Positions 43,445 through 52,005 of a DNA stretch of 57,418 bases are shown here, one piece after another (the first letter of the stretch is position 1; each line of letters begins with the position of its first letter). The stretch spans positions 3,653 through 61,070 of the forward strand of contig MGGC01000040.1 in NCBI GenBank assembly GCA_001792215.1, written 5' to 3'. Source of the DNA: Candidatus Woesebacteria bacterium RIFCSPHIGHO2_01_FULL_38_10. GTDB taxonomy: Bacteria > Patescibacteriota > Microgenomatia > UBA8517. The notes under the pieces are model-generated. The model saw only the letters and a program-made list of their open reading frames with translations. It was not told where the DNA came from and did no database searches. Made by a program: the position numbers and the translations under genes.

Positions 43445-46330
43445 TTATAAACTATGCTTCGTGATATTTTTCCTTTGGAGCAAAACTAGCAAGGTAAAAA
43501 TTGAAACTAAAGTTACCGCACTTATAACAAGTCCGGGGAGGACGTATCTTTGGGGCTCGAAGTAGATATCATACTCCCCATCTTCTTCAATCACGAATCC
43601 GTTAATCAGGGAATAAAGGGGGAATGAATTATGAACTTGCTTTTCATTCGTTCCAGCCCCGGAGAGTCTATTCAGCCATCCCGGAGGCGTTTTTTCTGAA
43701 TCGGTCTTAGCTATCATCCATAACGGGTCATAGGTTTCAGAAAAAGCAAGTGTTACTGGATTAGTTACGCCCTTCACTTCAACTTTATAATGTGTCGAGT
43801 TAAGCTTTTCATGTCGGACAGTCGGACCTTTTTCAATCTCAGAAAATAGTACAATCTTATTTTCATCAGTCAGATCATCCCATCTTACAATGTCGCTTTG
43901 ACTGATCAGCTCATCAAAATGGGAAAGCTCGTTCCTGCTAACAACAGCTAACGCGTTTACGATGTTTATATTACCTTCAGTTTTAATAATTATTTCATCA
44001 TCTTGCTTGACCTTCAGATTCCCGCCTGTCAAATTTCCCACCTCAAACCATCTAAACTCAGCCTTTTCATACTCAAAATACTGATCAGAAATTTTGCCAT
44101 ATCCTGTTAGTTTTATAGCAACTTTCTCGGGATCTTCGACCAACGTATCAATTTCCCCAATCTTTTTATCGCTCTGCCAAAATTCAACCTTTCCAGCCTG
44201 TTTACTTCTAATAACTCGAGCAAGAAGAATGTCACCTTCCGAAAATTGAAAAGTGGAAATTGAAAATTCGTAATTTCCCTCAGAAATTGCCCATCCACCT
44301 CCGTAATCAAAATCCTGATTATCGATTCCATATTTTGTTTGCAAAAAATCTCTAAACCAGACAAAATCAGACGCATCCCTTTTCCACCAATTCGGGGATC
44401 CTGAGCTCGTCGAAGGACTGTAATTCAGAAATGATGCAGGAAATATATACCTACTTTTATCAATAAAACTAGCAATTAAATCAACTTCAGTCTTTTCATA
44501 AAGTAAATATGTACAAGGAAAATCCTTGTGCGCTGCACTCATGCCAGGATATTCCTCCAGAAAAATCAGTGAATTTTCCGATAGTTCAAAATCAGGTAGT
44601 TTAACTAATTCTTTATAAATATCATCTGACCCAACAATACAAAAGCTTTCTTTCGAGAGAAAAAAATGATCTTTGGACTTTTTGGTTTTTAAAAGCGCTA
44701 AAGGCGGGTCAAATATTCTCTCCTCAACCCAAGGTAAATCGGTAAGTTGATTTAAAAAAGTGTAGTAATAGTCAATACTGTCTTGCTTTAGCTCTTCTTT
44801 CCTTACATCAGGGTAGGGATAAGCAATATAGCCGACGGCCGCTATATCCAATAGTTCTCCCATGAAAGTTGACTCGCGCAAATAGTTGTGCTGTTCATAA
44901 CTACCGACCCTGGCAACAGCAAATGGTCTTTTTTCGGAAATCAAATACCCCAACGCCTGGGGATGAAGGGGACTGGAAAAAGCCAAGGGGGTGCTTCCGG
45001 GAATCCATAAAACTCTTCCGAAACCTATGTCCCTTTCAAGAAAATTATTAACTTCTTTATGCTCTTTCTGATAGACAGGATTTGAAAACAGACCAGTCAT
45101 TTTACCGGTGTAGACAGGGAAGATGAGAAGTAGGAGATAAAAGGTAAAAAATAAAGGGATTGTCTTAAACGACCAACGACTAATAACCAATGACCAATTA
45201 AACTTCTTGGTCAACTCATCAACAGCAACACCGATGAGAAATGAATAAGAAAGAACTATTAAAAAGAAAAACTTTGTTGGATCCCTAAAAAGTAGAAATC
45301 CTGGAACATTATCAATAATCCAGGGATACAAAGAAGCGAAGGGGGGGTTAGCCCCTTTTGCTAAAAACAAAGATAGTATCGCCACAACCAAGTAAAATCC
45401 GATATTTTTATCTTTCTTTCTTAGAATGGGGGCAGAAAACGCAAATACAGGAAGCAAAACAAAAATCGGACTTACATGTTCTAACTTTCCGAATACGTTT
45501 TTGTACCAATGCGGCTGAAATAAATAAAGTGCGTGGCTTAAACTGGTATAAGTTTGAAAATCGCCCGATAGCGATTTCAGGTAACTTTCAGGGATAACAC
45601 CAACTCCTGTTTTTAATGACGGATATATCCAGTAAAAATGAAAACCCGTAAGAAAAATAAAAGATAGAACTGCAATAAAAAAAGCATTTTTAATAAGGAT
45701 AAATTTCTTCTCTTTTTTTAAAACTAAGAAACCGTAAAAAAAATAGATTACTGCAAAAAAAACAAAAAGAAAGACTATTCTAAGGTCAAATATCGAAAGG
45801 GTTATTAAAAAAAAAGTAAACTTCAAAACACTACCAAGCGAATAATCGTTTATTAATTTAATGAATAAAACTGAAACCATTGGAAAAACAGCGTAAGCTA
45901 AAGAAATAAATAACTGCCCCCCATCAATAAGGAGAAGTACGTAAGTATTAAGTAAGAAGACAAAACTACCAACGGTTATCCCATACTTTCTAACACCAAA
46001 GTAACTCAAAAACTTAGCTATCGAATAAGAAGAAAGTATAATAAACGGAATAATGAAAACTATCCTGGAAAGAAAAGAAAAACTAAGACCAACTTTTGTC
46101 AAAAACGCCAGAAGAAAAATTATTGGCCAGGCCCAAGCCGTAGAGACTACGTTATACCCCATCCCGTCAGCTCCGAGAGTATTTCTCCAGAGTTGAGGAA
46201 AATTAAAAGCCGAAATTAACTCCTGAGGATACCAATATATAAAATCAGTTGCGACTTTGGTACCCGGATTCCAAAGCATCCAAAATACAATCAATAAAAG
46301 AAGGACTGTAACTTTTATACTTCTATTCAT
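43445..46330 (-). CDS. Giant polytopic membrane protein with large extracytoplasmic domain and C-terminal TM anchor (GT-C-like, YfhO/DUF3367-type architecture)
   Basis: 961 aa. ~14 N-terminal hydrophobic segments, ~500-aa soluble region, terminal TM LVISAVTLVSIFTLLVLL. Shares NVPGFLLFRDPTKFFFLIVLSYSFLIG with RVPGFSILRTPFYKFGVIVWFSYSFLIA in the 54314.. protein. Confidence 0.8.
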   Translation of the reverse strand: MNRSIKVTVLLLLIVFWMLWNPGTKVATDFIYWYPQELISAFNFPQLWRNTLGADGMGYNVVSTAWAWPIIFLLAFLTKVGLSFSFLSRIVFIIPFIILSSYSIAKFLSYFGVRKYGITVGSFVFLLNTYVLLLIDGGQLFISLAYAVFPMVSVLFIKLINDYSLGSVLKFTFFLITLSIFDLRIVFLFVFFAVIYFFYGFLVLKKEKKFILIKNAFFIAVLSFIFLTGFHFYWIYPSLKTGVGVIPESYLKSLSGDFQTYTSLSHALYLFQPHWYKNVFGKLEHVSPIFVLLPVFAFSAPILRKKDKNIGFYLVVAILSLFLAKGANPPFASLYPWIIDNVPGFLLFRDPTKFFFLIVLSYSFLIGVAVDELTKKFNWSLVISRWSFKTIPLFFTFYLLLLIFPVYTGKMTGLFSNPVYQKEHKEVNNFLERDIGFGRVLWIPGSTPLAFSSPLHPQALGYLISEKRPFAVARVGSYEQHNYLRESTFMGELLDIAAVGYIAYPYPDVRKEELKQDSIDYYYTFLNQLTDLPWVEERIFDPPLALLKTKKSKDHFFLSKESFCIVGSDDIYKELVKLPDFELSENSLIFLEEYPGMSAAHKDFPCTYLLYEKTEVDLIASFIDKSRYIFPASFLNYSPSTSSGSPNWWKRDASDFVWFRDFLQTKYGIDNQDFDYGGGWAISEGNYEFSISTFQFSEGDILLARVIRSKQAGKVEFWQSDKKIGEIDTLVEDPEKVAIKLTGYGKISDQYFEYEKAEFRWFEVGNLTGGNLKVKQDDEIIIKTEGNINIVNALAVVSRNELSHFDELISQSDIVRWDDLTDENKIVLFSEIEKGPTVRHEKLNSTHYKVEVKGVTNPVTLAFSETYDPLWMIAKTDSEKTPPGWLNRLSGAGTNEKQVHNSFPLYSLINGFVIEEDGEYDIYFEPQRYVLPGLVISAVTLVSIFTLLVLLQRKNITKHSL

Positions 46331-46494
46331 CGAAGTTTATGGATATATATCCCTGTACCTACTAAAATCAACAAAAAACAAATAGTGGCCAATTCAGAAG
46401 AAAAACCCCGGTGTCCCAAAACGGAAGAGAGAGAAGATAATATAACTACCATAATTCCTAAACCAAAAAAAATATTGATATAAATATCTTTCAT
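46327..46494 (-). CDS. Unannotated 55-aa two-TM micro-protein, translationally coupled to the 961-aa gene
   Basis: Hand translation gives MKDIYINIFFGLGIMVVILSSLSSVLGHRGFSSELATICFLLILVGTGIYIHKLR. Its TGA (46329..46327) overlaps the ATG (46330..46328) of the next gene as ATGA. It is below the 60-aa track cutoff. Confidence 0.5.
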   Translation of the reverse strand: MKDIYINIFFGLGIMVVILSSLSSVLGHRGFSSELATICFLLILVGTGIYIHKLR

Positions 46495-46556
46495 GAAATT
46501 TATGCTTTACATGACATTATTTTAGCAAAACTACAATGAGTTTTTCTTGAAAGAAA

Positions 46557-47483
46557 TTATTTTCGGGCAACGGCTTTATGCATGGGCCAAAAAAGAGGGC
46601 TTTTGACACATAGGTAGGTAAATAACCTTTTACTCCAGGAAGGTAGAGACTCCAGGACTAGATAAGTATCAAATCTAGTGATATCTGTCTTCTTAAAACC
46701 TGCAACTTTATGAAGATTTTTCAAAGTTGATGCTAAAAAAGAAAGTTCATAACCGAAAGACATGTGTTTACCCTTTAATAAATTAAGATTAACAAATTCA
46801 AAAATTTGTCTGACTACCGGAATGTTTGGTATGTTCCCCCACCTGAATCTGTAAAGAGTTCCCAAGTTAAGGCAGGGCACTGTATTAAATGAAACTCCAC
46901 CTTTTTTTAAAATTCTATAAATTTCCGTTAAAACAACCTTAGTATTCTTAAAGTGTTCAATAGTGCCCCCCCCGTAAACAAAGTCAAAAGAATCGTTTGC
47001 AAACGGCATCTGGGTTATATCACCACAGACAAATAAAGTGTTTTTAATTCCAAATCTTTTGGCAAACTTTTGAGCAATCTTAAGCGCGGAGGTAGAGAAA
47101 TCAATTCCGATAATCATGCTGCCCTTCTTTCCGTAATAAAGTCCCAAATACCCCGGACCGCAGCCAATTTCTAAATAAACGGTGCCCTTTCCTATTTTTT
47201 TTGAGGCGTCAATCTGTTCGACAATTTTGGGTTGATGATTTAATTGATAATCATCCATATCTTTTAAGTATTCCTTAGTTTTTAACTTCTTTTCATATAT
47301 GGCATCCCACTTCTCCATACTCAATTTCACATCATCAGTTATTTCAGGTATTAATACAGGAAAGCCATACTTAAACCCGTACTCCTCGCCACATTTGCCA
47401 CATATGAGTCTCCTTTTTTCTTGTCGAAGGACGAATTTACAAACCGGACAGACCAATATCCTTAATTGACTTTTTGACAGCAT
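46557..47483 (-). CDS. Trm112-like zinc-ribbon + class I SAM methyltransferase fusion
   Basis: 308 aa. N-terminus LRILVCPVCKFVLRQEKRRLICGKCGEEYGFKYGFPVLIPE, then YLEIGCGPGY and FDFVYGGGTIEHF. Confidence 0.8.
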   Translation of the reverse strand: MLSKSQLRILVCPVCKFVLRQEKRRLICGKCGEEYGFKYGFPVLIPEITDDVKLSMEKWDAIYEKKLKTKEYLKDMDDYQLNHQPKIVEQIDASKKIGKGTVYLEIGCGPGYLGLYYGKKGSMIIGIDFSTSALKIAQKFAKRFGIKNTLFVCGDITQMPFANDSFDFVYGGGTIEHFKNTKVVLTEIYRILKKGGVSFNTVPCLNLGTLYRFRWGNIPNIPVVRQIFEFVNLNLLKGKHMSFGYELSFLASTLKNLHKVAGFKKTDITRFDTYLVLESLPSWSKRLFTYLCVKSPLFWPMHKAVARK

Positions 47484-47516
47484 ATCTGACTACTCCAGCA
47501 CAAAACACATAATATC

Positions 47517-47596
47517 ACAAGTTTCGTAGACACCTCTAAATCATCTCCGAGGAGTCTCTTCGGGCCACCATCCGAGGTGGTAAGTACAAAACTTGT
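47517..47596 (+). mobile_element. MITE-like repeat, 80-nt copy R3
   Basis: ACAAGTTTC...atctccgaggagtctcttcgggccaccatccgaggtgg...AAAACTTGT. The core matches R1/R4. It lies between the 779-aa gene stop and the methyltransferase start. Confidence 0.7.
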
Positions 47597-47612
47597 AATT
47601 TGGTAAATTTGT

Positions 47613-49952
47613 TTAACTCGATTCAAACAAATCTGGATGTGTATTTCCTACAAAGTTTCTTCTGTAAAGACCATAAGTTAAAGACAATGCAATTAAAAAA
47701 AGAATCGACCCGGCATAAAAACTCCTGGGAACATATTGCATGACAATAACATGATCGCCTGGCCGATCAATAACAACGCCTTTTACAAGACTGTCTGCCA
47801 TGTAACTGTTCACCTTATTCCCGTTTAAAAAAACTTTCCAATTTCTGTCAAATGTATTGCTGTAAATAAAAAATCCCTTATGATCGGTTCTAAAAATGGA
47901 TTTCATAAAACCCGGTTCTTCAACAAATTCAGAAAACTCAAAACCTGACTTTTTTATATCTCTTATACGATAATCATTTGAGTCTTTAATCACTTTACCA
48001 CCATTTGCTTTGTAGGTCGTTATTAGATCGTCAACATACGTCTGATTACGAATTAGGGGGTCATTGAGAATCAACACATCAAACATCTTTAATTCTTCCA
48101 ATGTATAGTCATCAAGATACGGGCTTTGTCCACTGAATACCGACTGTTCCATCGGAATAAATTCCTCGCTATAGATAATCTTCCTAGCCAGATTAGAGTT
48201 AAATTTGTCTTTCTCTTGTTTTCCGACAATTAAGGACCCATTAGTAACGAAGTAAGGACGATCTCGAGTTTTTAACATCTCAAAAACAAAAACTGGATTT
48301 TCGTTTACGCTTCCGCCCTCGTTTATCACTCTAACTTTCGACACAAACTTGGGGTTATTATAAGTTTCCTGCTCTTTCTCCCAGATAAATAAGTACTTTG
48401 TGTTAAGAATCGAGAATGTTTTGAAATTATTTTCCCAAGGCGTACCTTTACTAATAGTGGAATAGAAATAAGGCGACGTTGGTCTGTAATATGGGCCAAT
48501 TGAATCAAGATTATCCCTATTTACCGACTCATAAGTGTAAAAGTTAAGCCCGGGTGATTCATACCCTAAAATCGCCCTATAAGGATCACTATTGTTGGAT
48601 TTGGACGCTGAGAACAACGTCACGTTCGAACTTGAATATTCTGTGAACTCAGTTTCTTCAATAAAAAACTGCGCTTGGTCAATAAATATACGAAGTGGGG
48701 GAATAATTAGTACAAAAAAAACAATCGTCAATATATTTAAATATCTTATTTTTCTCATCCAGTTGACAAAAAAATTAAGGCCTAAACAAAAAAGTAAGGG
48801 TAAAACGAAATAGACGTTTATTAAGAAACGGATCGTATAATGTGCAGACTTGAAAAAAGGCACAAGGTAATAAAAGAGAGAATAGAAATCAATTGGAATT
48901 GAAGAGCCAAAAGATGCCAACAGTGAAACCAAAAAAACAATAAAAATGGGAAAAGTAATCTTTAGTCTTTTTCGATCAAACAAAGACGCCAAAGAAAAAA
49001 GATAAAGACTAACATGGAAACCTTTAAATATGTTATTGATCTTTCTAGTTGACTCTATCTTAAGAAAAAATTCCTGTGTCAGTTTACTTATTATCGTTTG
49101 ATAATATTTGGGAGTTACATCGGCCTCGGCTGACTCAAGGCTAAGATCTTTTCTTAGTGAATCACTTAAAGATTCTTGTACTGGAAGTAGTTTGGGAGCA
49201 GAAAAAATAAATGCAAAGATTATAAAAGTAACGAACAACTTACTCAGTCCCAACAAATAATTAAGGTTTCTTGTTTTAGAATTGTTAATCAAATTAAACG
49301 CCAAATAAGATAAAAAAAATATTCCTAATGCAACTGCCGCATAAGTTGTATTATATAAAGCCCCACCATGAATCAACATTGAAAAAACAAATCCCAAAAA
49401 CGCTGTGAATATGTACTTTCTTGTTATTAACATTTCTATAAAAAGTAATAAAATTAGTGGAAACCAAGCAATCATAATCAAGTCGGAACGAAAACCGTTT
49501 TGAAATATTAAACTTGTCTCAGTGTTATACAGATAAAAAAAAGAACCAACAGTCGCTACGATTATATTCACTTTTAGTAATTTAGTTAAAAGAAGAAAGA
49601 AAAATGCTCCCAGAAAATAGTGTATAAAAAAGGAGATTCGAGTCGCATAAAGTTGATCCCTAAAAGGGAAATTTATTAAGTAGGTCAAAGGGTAGGTTTG
49701 TGGATATGAAGGATTGCCTATTGCAGAGCTTCCCGACCCAAGTTTATTGTCCCATAACAATATTTTATGTTTTTCTATAAAATATTGTCTTATTTTTGCA
49801 ATAGGATATGTTTCAAACACAATCGACTCACCAATTGTGTATCGAGTATCATCTGTTATCAGCCTTGAATATATAGCCGAAGTCACTATTAGAGCAATAG
49901 AAGCATAAACAAAGTATATCCATAAGTATTTACTAAATTTAAGCAGTTTCAT
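47613..49952 (-). CDS. Giant polytopic membrane protein (YfhO-like architecture), possibly distantly related to the 961- and >1026-aa proteins
   Basis: 779 aa. ~13 hydrophobic segments, ~330-aa soluble domain, C-terminal TM GSILFLIALSLTYGLY. ATGA overlap with the upstream methyltransferase gene. Confidence 0.75.
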   Translation of the reverse strand: MKLLKFSKYLWIYFVYASIALIVTSAIYSRLITDDTRYTIGESIVFETYPIAKIRQYFIEKHKILLWDNKLGSGSSAIGNPSYPQTYPLTYLINFPFRDQLYATRISFFIHYFLGAFFFLLLTKLLKVNIIVATVGSFFYLYNTETSLIFQNGFRSDLIMIAWFPLILLLFIEMLITRKYIFTAFLGFVFSMLIHGGALYNTTYAAVALGIFFLSYLAFNLINNSKTRNLNYLLGLSKLFVTFIIFAFIFSAPKLLPVQESLSDSLRKDLSLESAEADVTPKYYQTIISKLTQEFFLKIESTRKINNIFKGFHVSLYLFSLASLFDRKRLKITFPIFIVFLVSLLASFGSSIPIDFYSLFYYLVPFFKSAHYTIRFLINVYFVLPLLFCLGLNFFVNWMRKIRYLNILTIVFFVLIIPPLRIFIDQAQFFIEETEFTEYSSSNVTLFSASKSNNSDPYRAILGYESPGLNFYTYESVNRDNLDSIGPYYRPTSPYFYSTISKGTPWENNFKTFSILNTKYLFIWEKEQETYNNPKFVSKVRVINEGGSVNENPVFVFEMLKTRDRPYFVTNGSLIVGKQEKDKFNSNLARKIIYSEEFIPMEQSVFSGQSPYLDDYTLEELKMFDVLILNDPLIRNQTYVDDLITTYKANGGKVIKDSNDYRIRDIKKSGFEFSEFVEEPGFMKSIFRTDHKGFFIYSNTFDRNWKVFLNGNKVNSYMADSLVKGVVIDRPGDHVIVMQYVPRSFYAGSILFLIALSLTYGLYRRNFVGNTHPDLFESS

Positions 49953-50716
49953 TTATTTGCTCTTTTATATAATGTCAAACTAGACCCGCATAAAACGACT
50001 CTAATTACGGGAATCTTCTCAACAAAAGCTTCTGATCGTTTCAATAATATTGCAATCCATTTGGGGCAGAAATAAGGAACCGTACCAAAAACATACTGCT
50101 CCACTACCTGATAACCTTCTTCTGAAAACCAATTATTTAAAGTTTTCGTCGAATAGGACTTTTCTTCATGCTGTCTGTGATAAGCAGATGTTTTTTCAAT
50201 TACTTTCAGTATCGGGTTATAGCCATTCGGTTCTAAGACTAATATGTATTCAAAATATCTGCTCAAATTTTTTATTGCTTTTTGAGGGTAATACAAGTGA
50301 TGCAACACTCCCTTCACCAACGCAATATTATAATTACCCTCCTTCTTTAAAAAATCGAGCTCATATATATTATCGACTCTAAATTTAATTAACTTCATAT
50401 ATTTCTTAGGAACCATTTTCCTGGCCCTGATAACAGCTTGTCTTGCGGGATCAACGCCGACAATTCGCTTAAGTTTCGATTGATTAAATATCTCTATCGT
50501 GTATTTCCCATCTCCGCAACCTATATCAATTACACTAATTTTTCCACCAAAGTTTCTCCCTATGCATTCTATAACCTCTTTAGACTGTCTTTGGTTTGCA
50601 ATAAAAGCTGGATAGAGATCTTTATTGGTATAAATATAACTCCCGGTCAAAGTAATATCTTTGTTATAAAAGTCAATATTTTTCTCTGTCCCAAACTTAG
50701 ATTTACTTTTGGCCAT
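49949..50716 (-). CDS. Class I SAM-dependent methyltransferase
   Basis: 255 aa. VIDIGCGDGKYT, VGVDPA, GVLHHL. Confidence 0.8.
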   Translation of the reverse strand: MAKSKSKFGTEKNIDFYNKDITLTGSYIYTNKDLYPAFIANQRQSKEVIECIGRNFGGKISVIDIGCGDGKYTIEIFNQSKLKRIVGVDPARQAVIRARKMVPKKYMKLIKFRVDNIYELDFLKKEGNYNIALVKGVLHHLYYPQKAIKNLSRYFEYILVLEPNGYNPILKVIEKTSAYHRQHEEKSYSTKTLNNWFSEEGYQVVEQYVFGTVPYFCPKWIAILLKRSEAFVEKIPVIRVVLCGSSLTLYKRANK

Positions 50717-50762
50717 ATTAAGGAAATCGACATTCTACCCAAATTCTAAAATCTTACCAGTC

Positions 50763-50953
50763 ACAAGTTTCGCAGACAGGCTTGCCTGCGCAAGACAAGC
50801 TTAAACCACCTTCGAGATGTGCGAAGCCAGGTACCATACAGTACTTGGCGAAGTACTCCTCGGAGGTGGATGGATTTACCAACTGACATTATCTCGGAGG
50901 AGTCCCTTCGGGCCACCATCTGAGATGGCTATTAAGGGAAGTGTGAAACTTGT
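50763..50953 (+). mobile_element. MITE-like repeat, 191-nt full-length copy R4
   Basis: Termini ACAAGTTTC (50763..50771) and GAAACTTGT (50945..50953). Flanked by the direct repeat ACCAGT (50756..50761 and 50954..50959). Its internal modules are shared with R1, R2 and R3. Confidence 0.8.
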
Positions 50954-50979
50954 ACCAGTGTCTAATTTAGAATTCTTTT

Positions 50980-52005
50980 TCAATCCTGGTAATTTTCCAA
51001 GCCCCCTCCGACATAACGATAATAGGATAGGCGGGGGTTTTTGAAAATATATTGATTAACTAGACTACCCGGCACTTTTCTTATTTCTGATTGAATACGT
51101 TTTCTTTCTCTTAAGGTGTTATTTAAATTTAGTAAATTTGCTCCTATTGCATGAAGAACAGCAAACCCTTTCTCATAATTACCTTTTGCGACTTCCACAA
51201 AAGTTACTCCAATAAGGGTAAATATATGGATAGGCAAAAGCCACAAAAGAGTTGGTAATTCAAAATTTTTTATAAATGACCTGATTCTGTTGCGGTGACT
51301 TTTAAAAACGGTATCAATATTGTCCCTTTTTTTGTAAGTCGCACCCACAAAATGCTCCACTACCGCTCTAGGTGTATACCAACACTCATAACCTGAAAGC
51401 CACACTCTATGACAAAAATCACTCTCTTCAAAATATGCAAACATATAATCATCCAAAAATCCTGTCTTTTCAATAACTTTTCGACGGATAAGTATACAAG
51501 CCCCCTTACCCGAATAAACTTTCAAGTCAGAATTATACTTTGGATCGTCTGCGTCTTTATAAAGTCCGAAATAATACGGAATGCCAGTTTTAGTCAGATA
51601 TGCGCCAACGTTATCAAGTTTTTTATTATCAGACATAAAGACAAGCTTTGGTTGTACGACTCCCGCCTTTTTGTGGGTTTTGAAAAAATCGACAAGCTTG
51701 TCGATTACTTCTTTATCAAACTTTGTATCTGCATTCAAAAGTAAAATATATTCTCCCTGTACTTTTTTATAAGCCAAGTTGTTACCTTGCGCAAAACCTA
51801 AATTTTCTTTACTTTCAATGAGAGTAAAATTTTTTTTCCTGGTATATTTCTTTAGGGTTTCAAGTGAAGAGTCAGAGGAGGCATTATCGAGAACTATAAC
51901 TTCATAGTTTTTATAAGTCTGGTAAAATATTGATTTAAAACAATCATCAAGAAATTCTTGCTGATTCCAATTAACAATCAATATTGAAACCAATCCTTTT
52001 TTCAT
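50980..52005 (-). CDS. GT2 glycosyltransferase
   Basis: 341 aa. VSILIVNWN, VLDNASSDSS, LNADT, FEESDFC. Confidence 0.85.
   Translation of the reverse strand: MKKGLVSILIVNWNQQEFLDDCFKSIFYQTYKNYEVIVLDNASSDSSLETLKKYTRKKNFTLIESKENLGFAQGNNLAYKKVQGEYILLLNADTKFDKEVIDKLVDFFKTHKKAGVVQPKLVFMSDNKKLDNVGAYLTKTGIPYYFGLYKDADDPKYNSDLKVYSGKGACILIRRKVIEKTGFLDDYMFAYFEESDFCHRVWLSGYECWYTPRAVVEHFVGATYKKRDNIDTVFKSHRNRIRSFIKNFELPTLLWLLPIHIFTLIGVTFVEVAKGNYEKGFAVLHAIGANLLNLNNTLRERKRIQSEIRKVPGSLVNQYIFKNPRLSYYRYVGGGLENYQD

Noticed and set aside
50763-50953. Whether the structured repeat is a riboswitch, a self-cleaving ribozyme or a guide RNA (omega-RNA) of an IS200/605-type nuclease.
   Set aside because: Its orientation relative to the flanking genes is inconsistent: R1 is opposite to R3/R4 although all the genes point the same way. 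I found no hammerhead or twister core motifs by eye. No tnpB/iscB-like ORF is adjacent; the visible N-terminus at 1..111 lacks the IscB PLMP-type start. The flanking 6-bp duplications fit a MITE better. This cannot be fully excluded without covariance-model searches.
50817-51044. 75-aa plus-strand ORF across the R4 repeat.
   Set aside because: It is simply the translation of the GC-rich repeat (…LGGGWIYQLTLSRRSPFGPPSEMAIKGSVKL…). The same DNA occurs in the opposite orientation elsewhere, and the ORF runs antisense into the GT2 gene.
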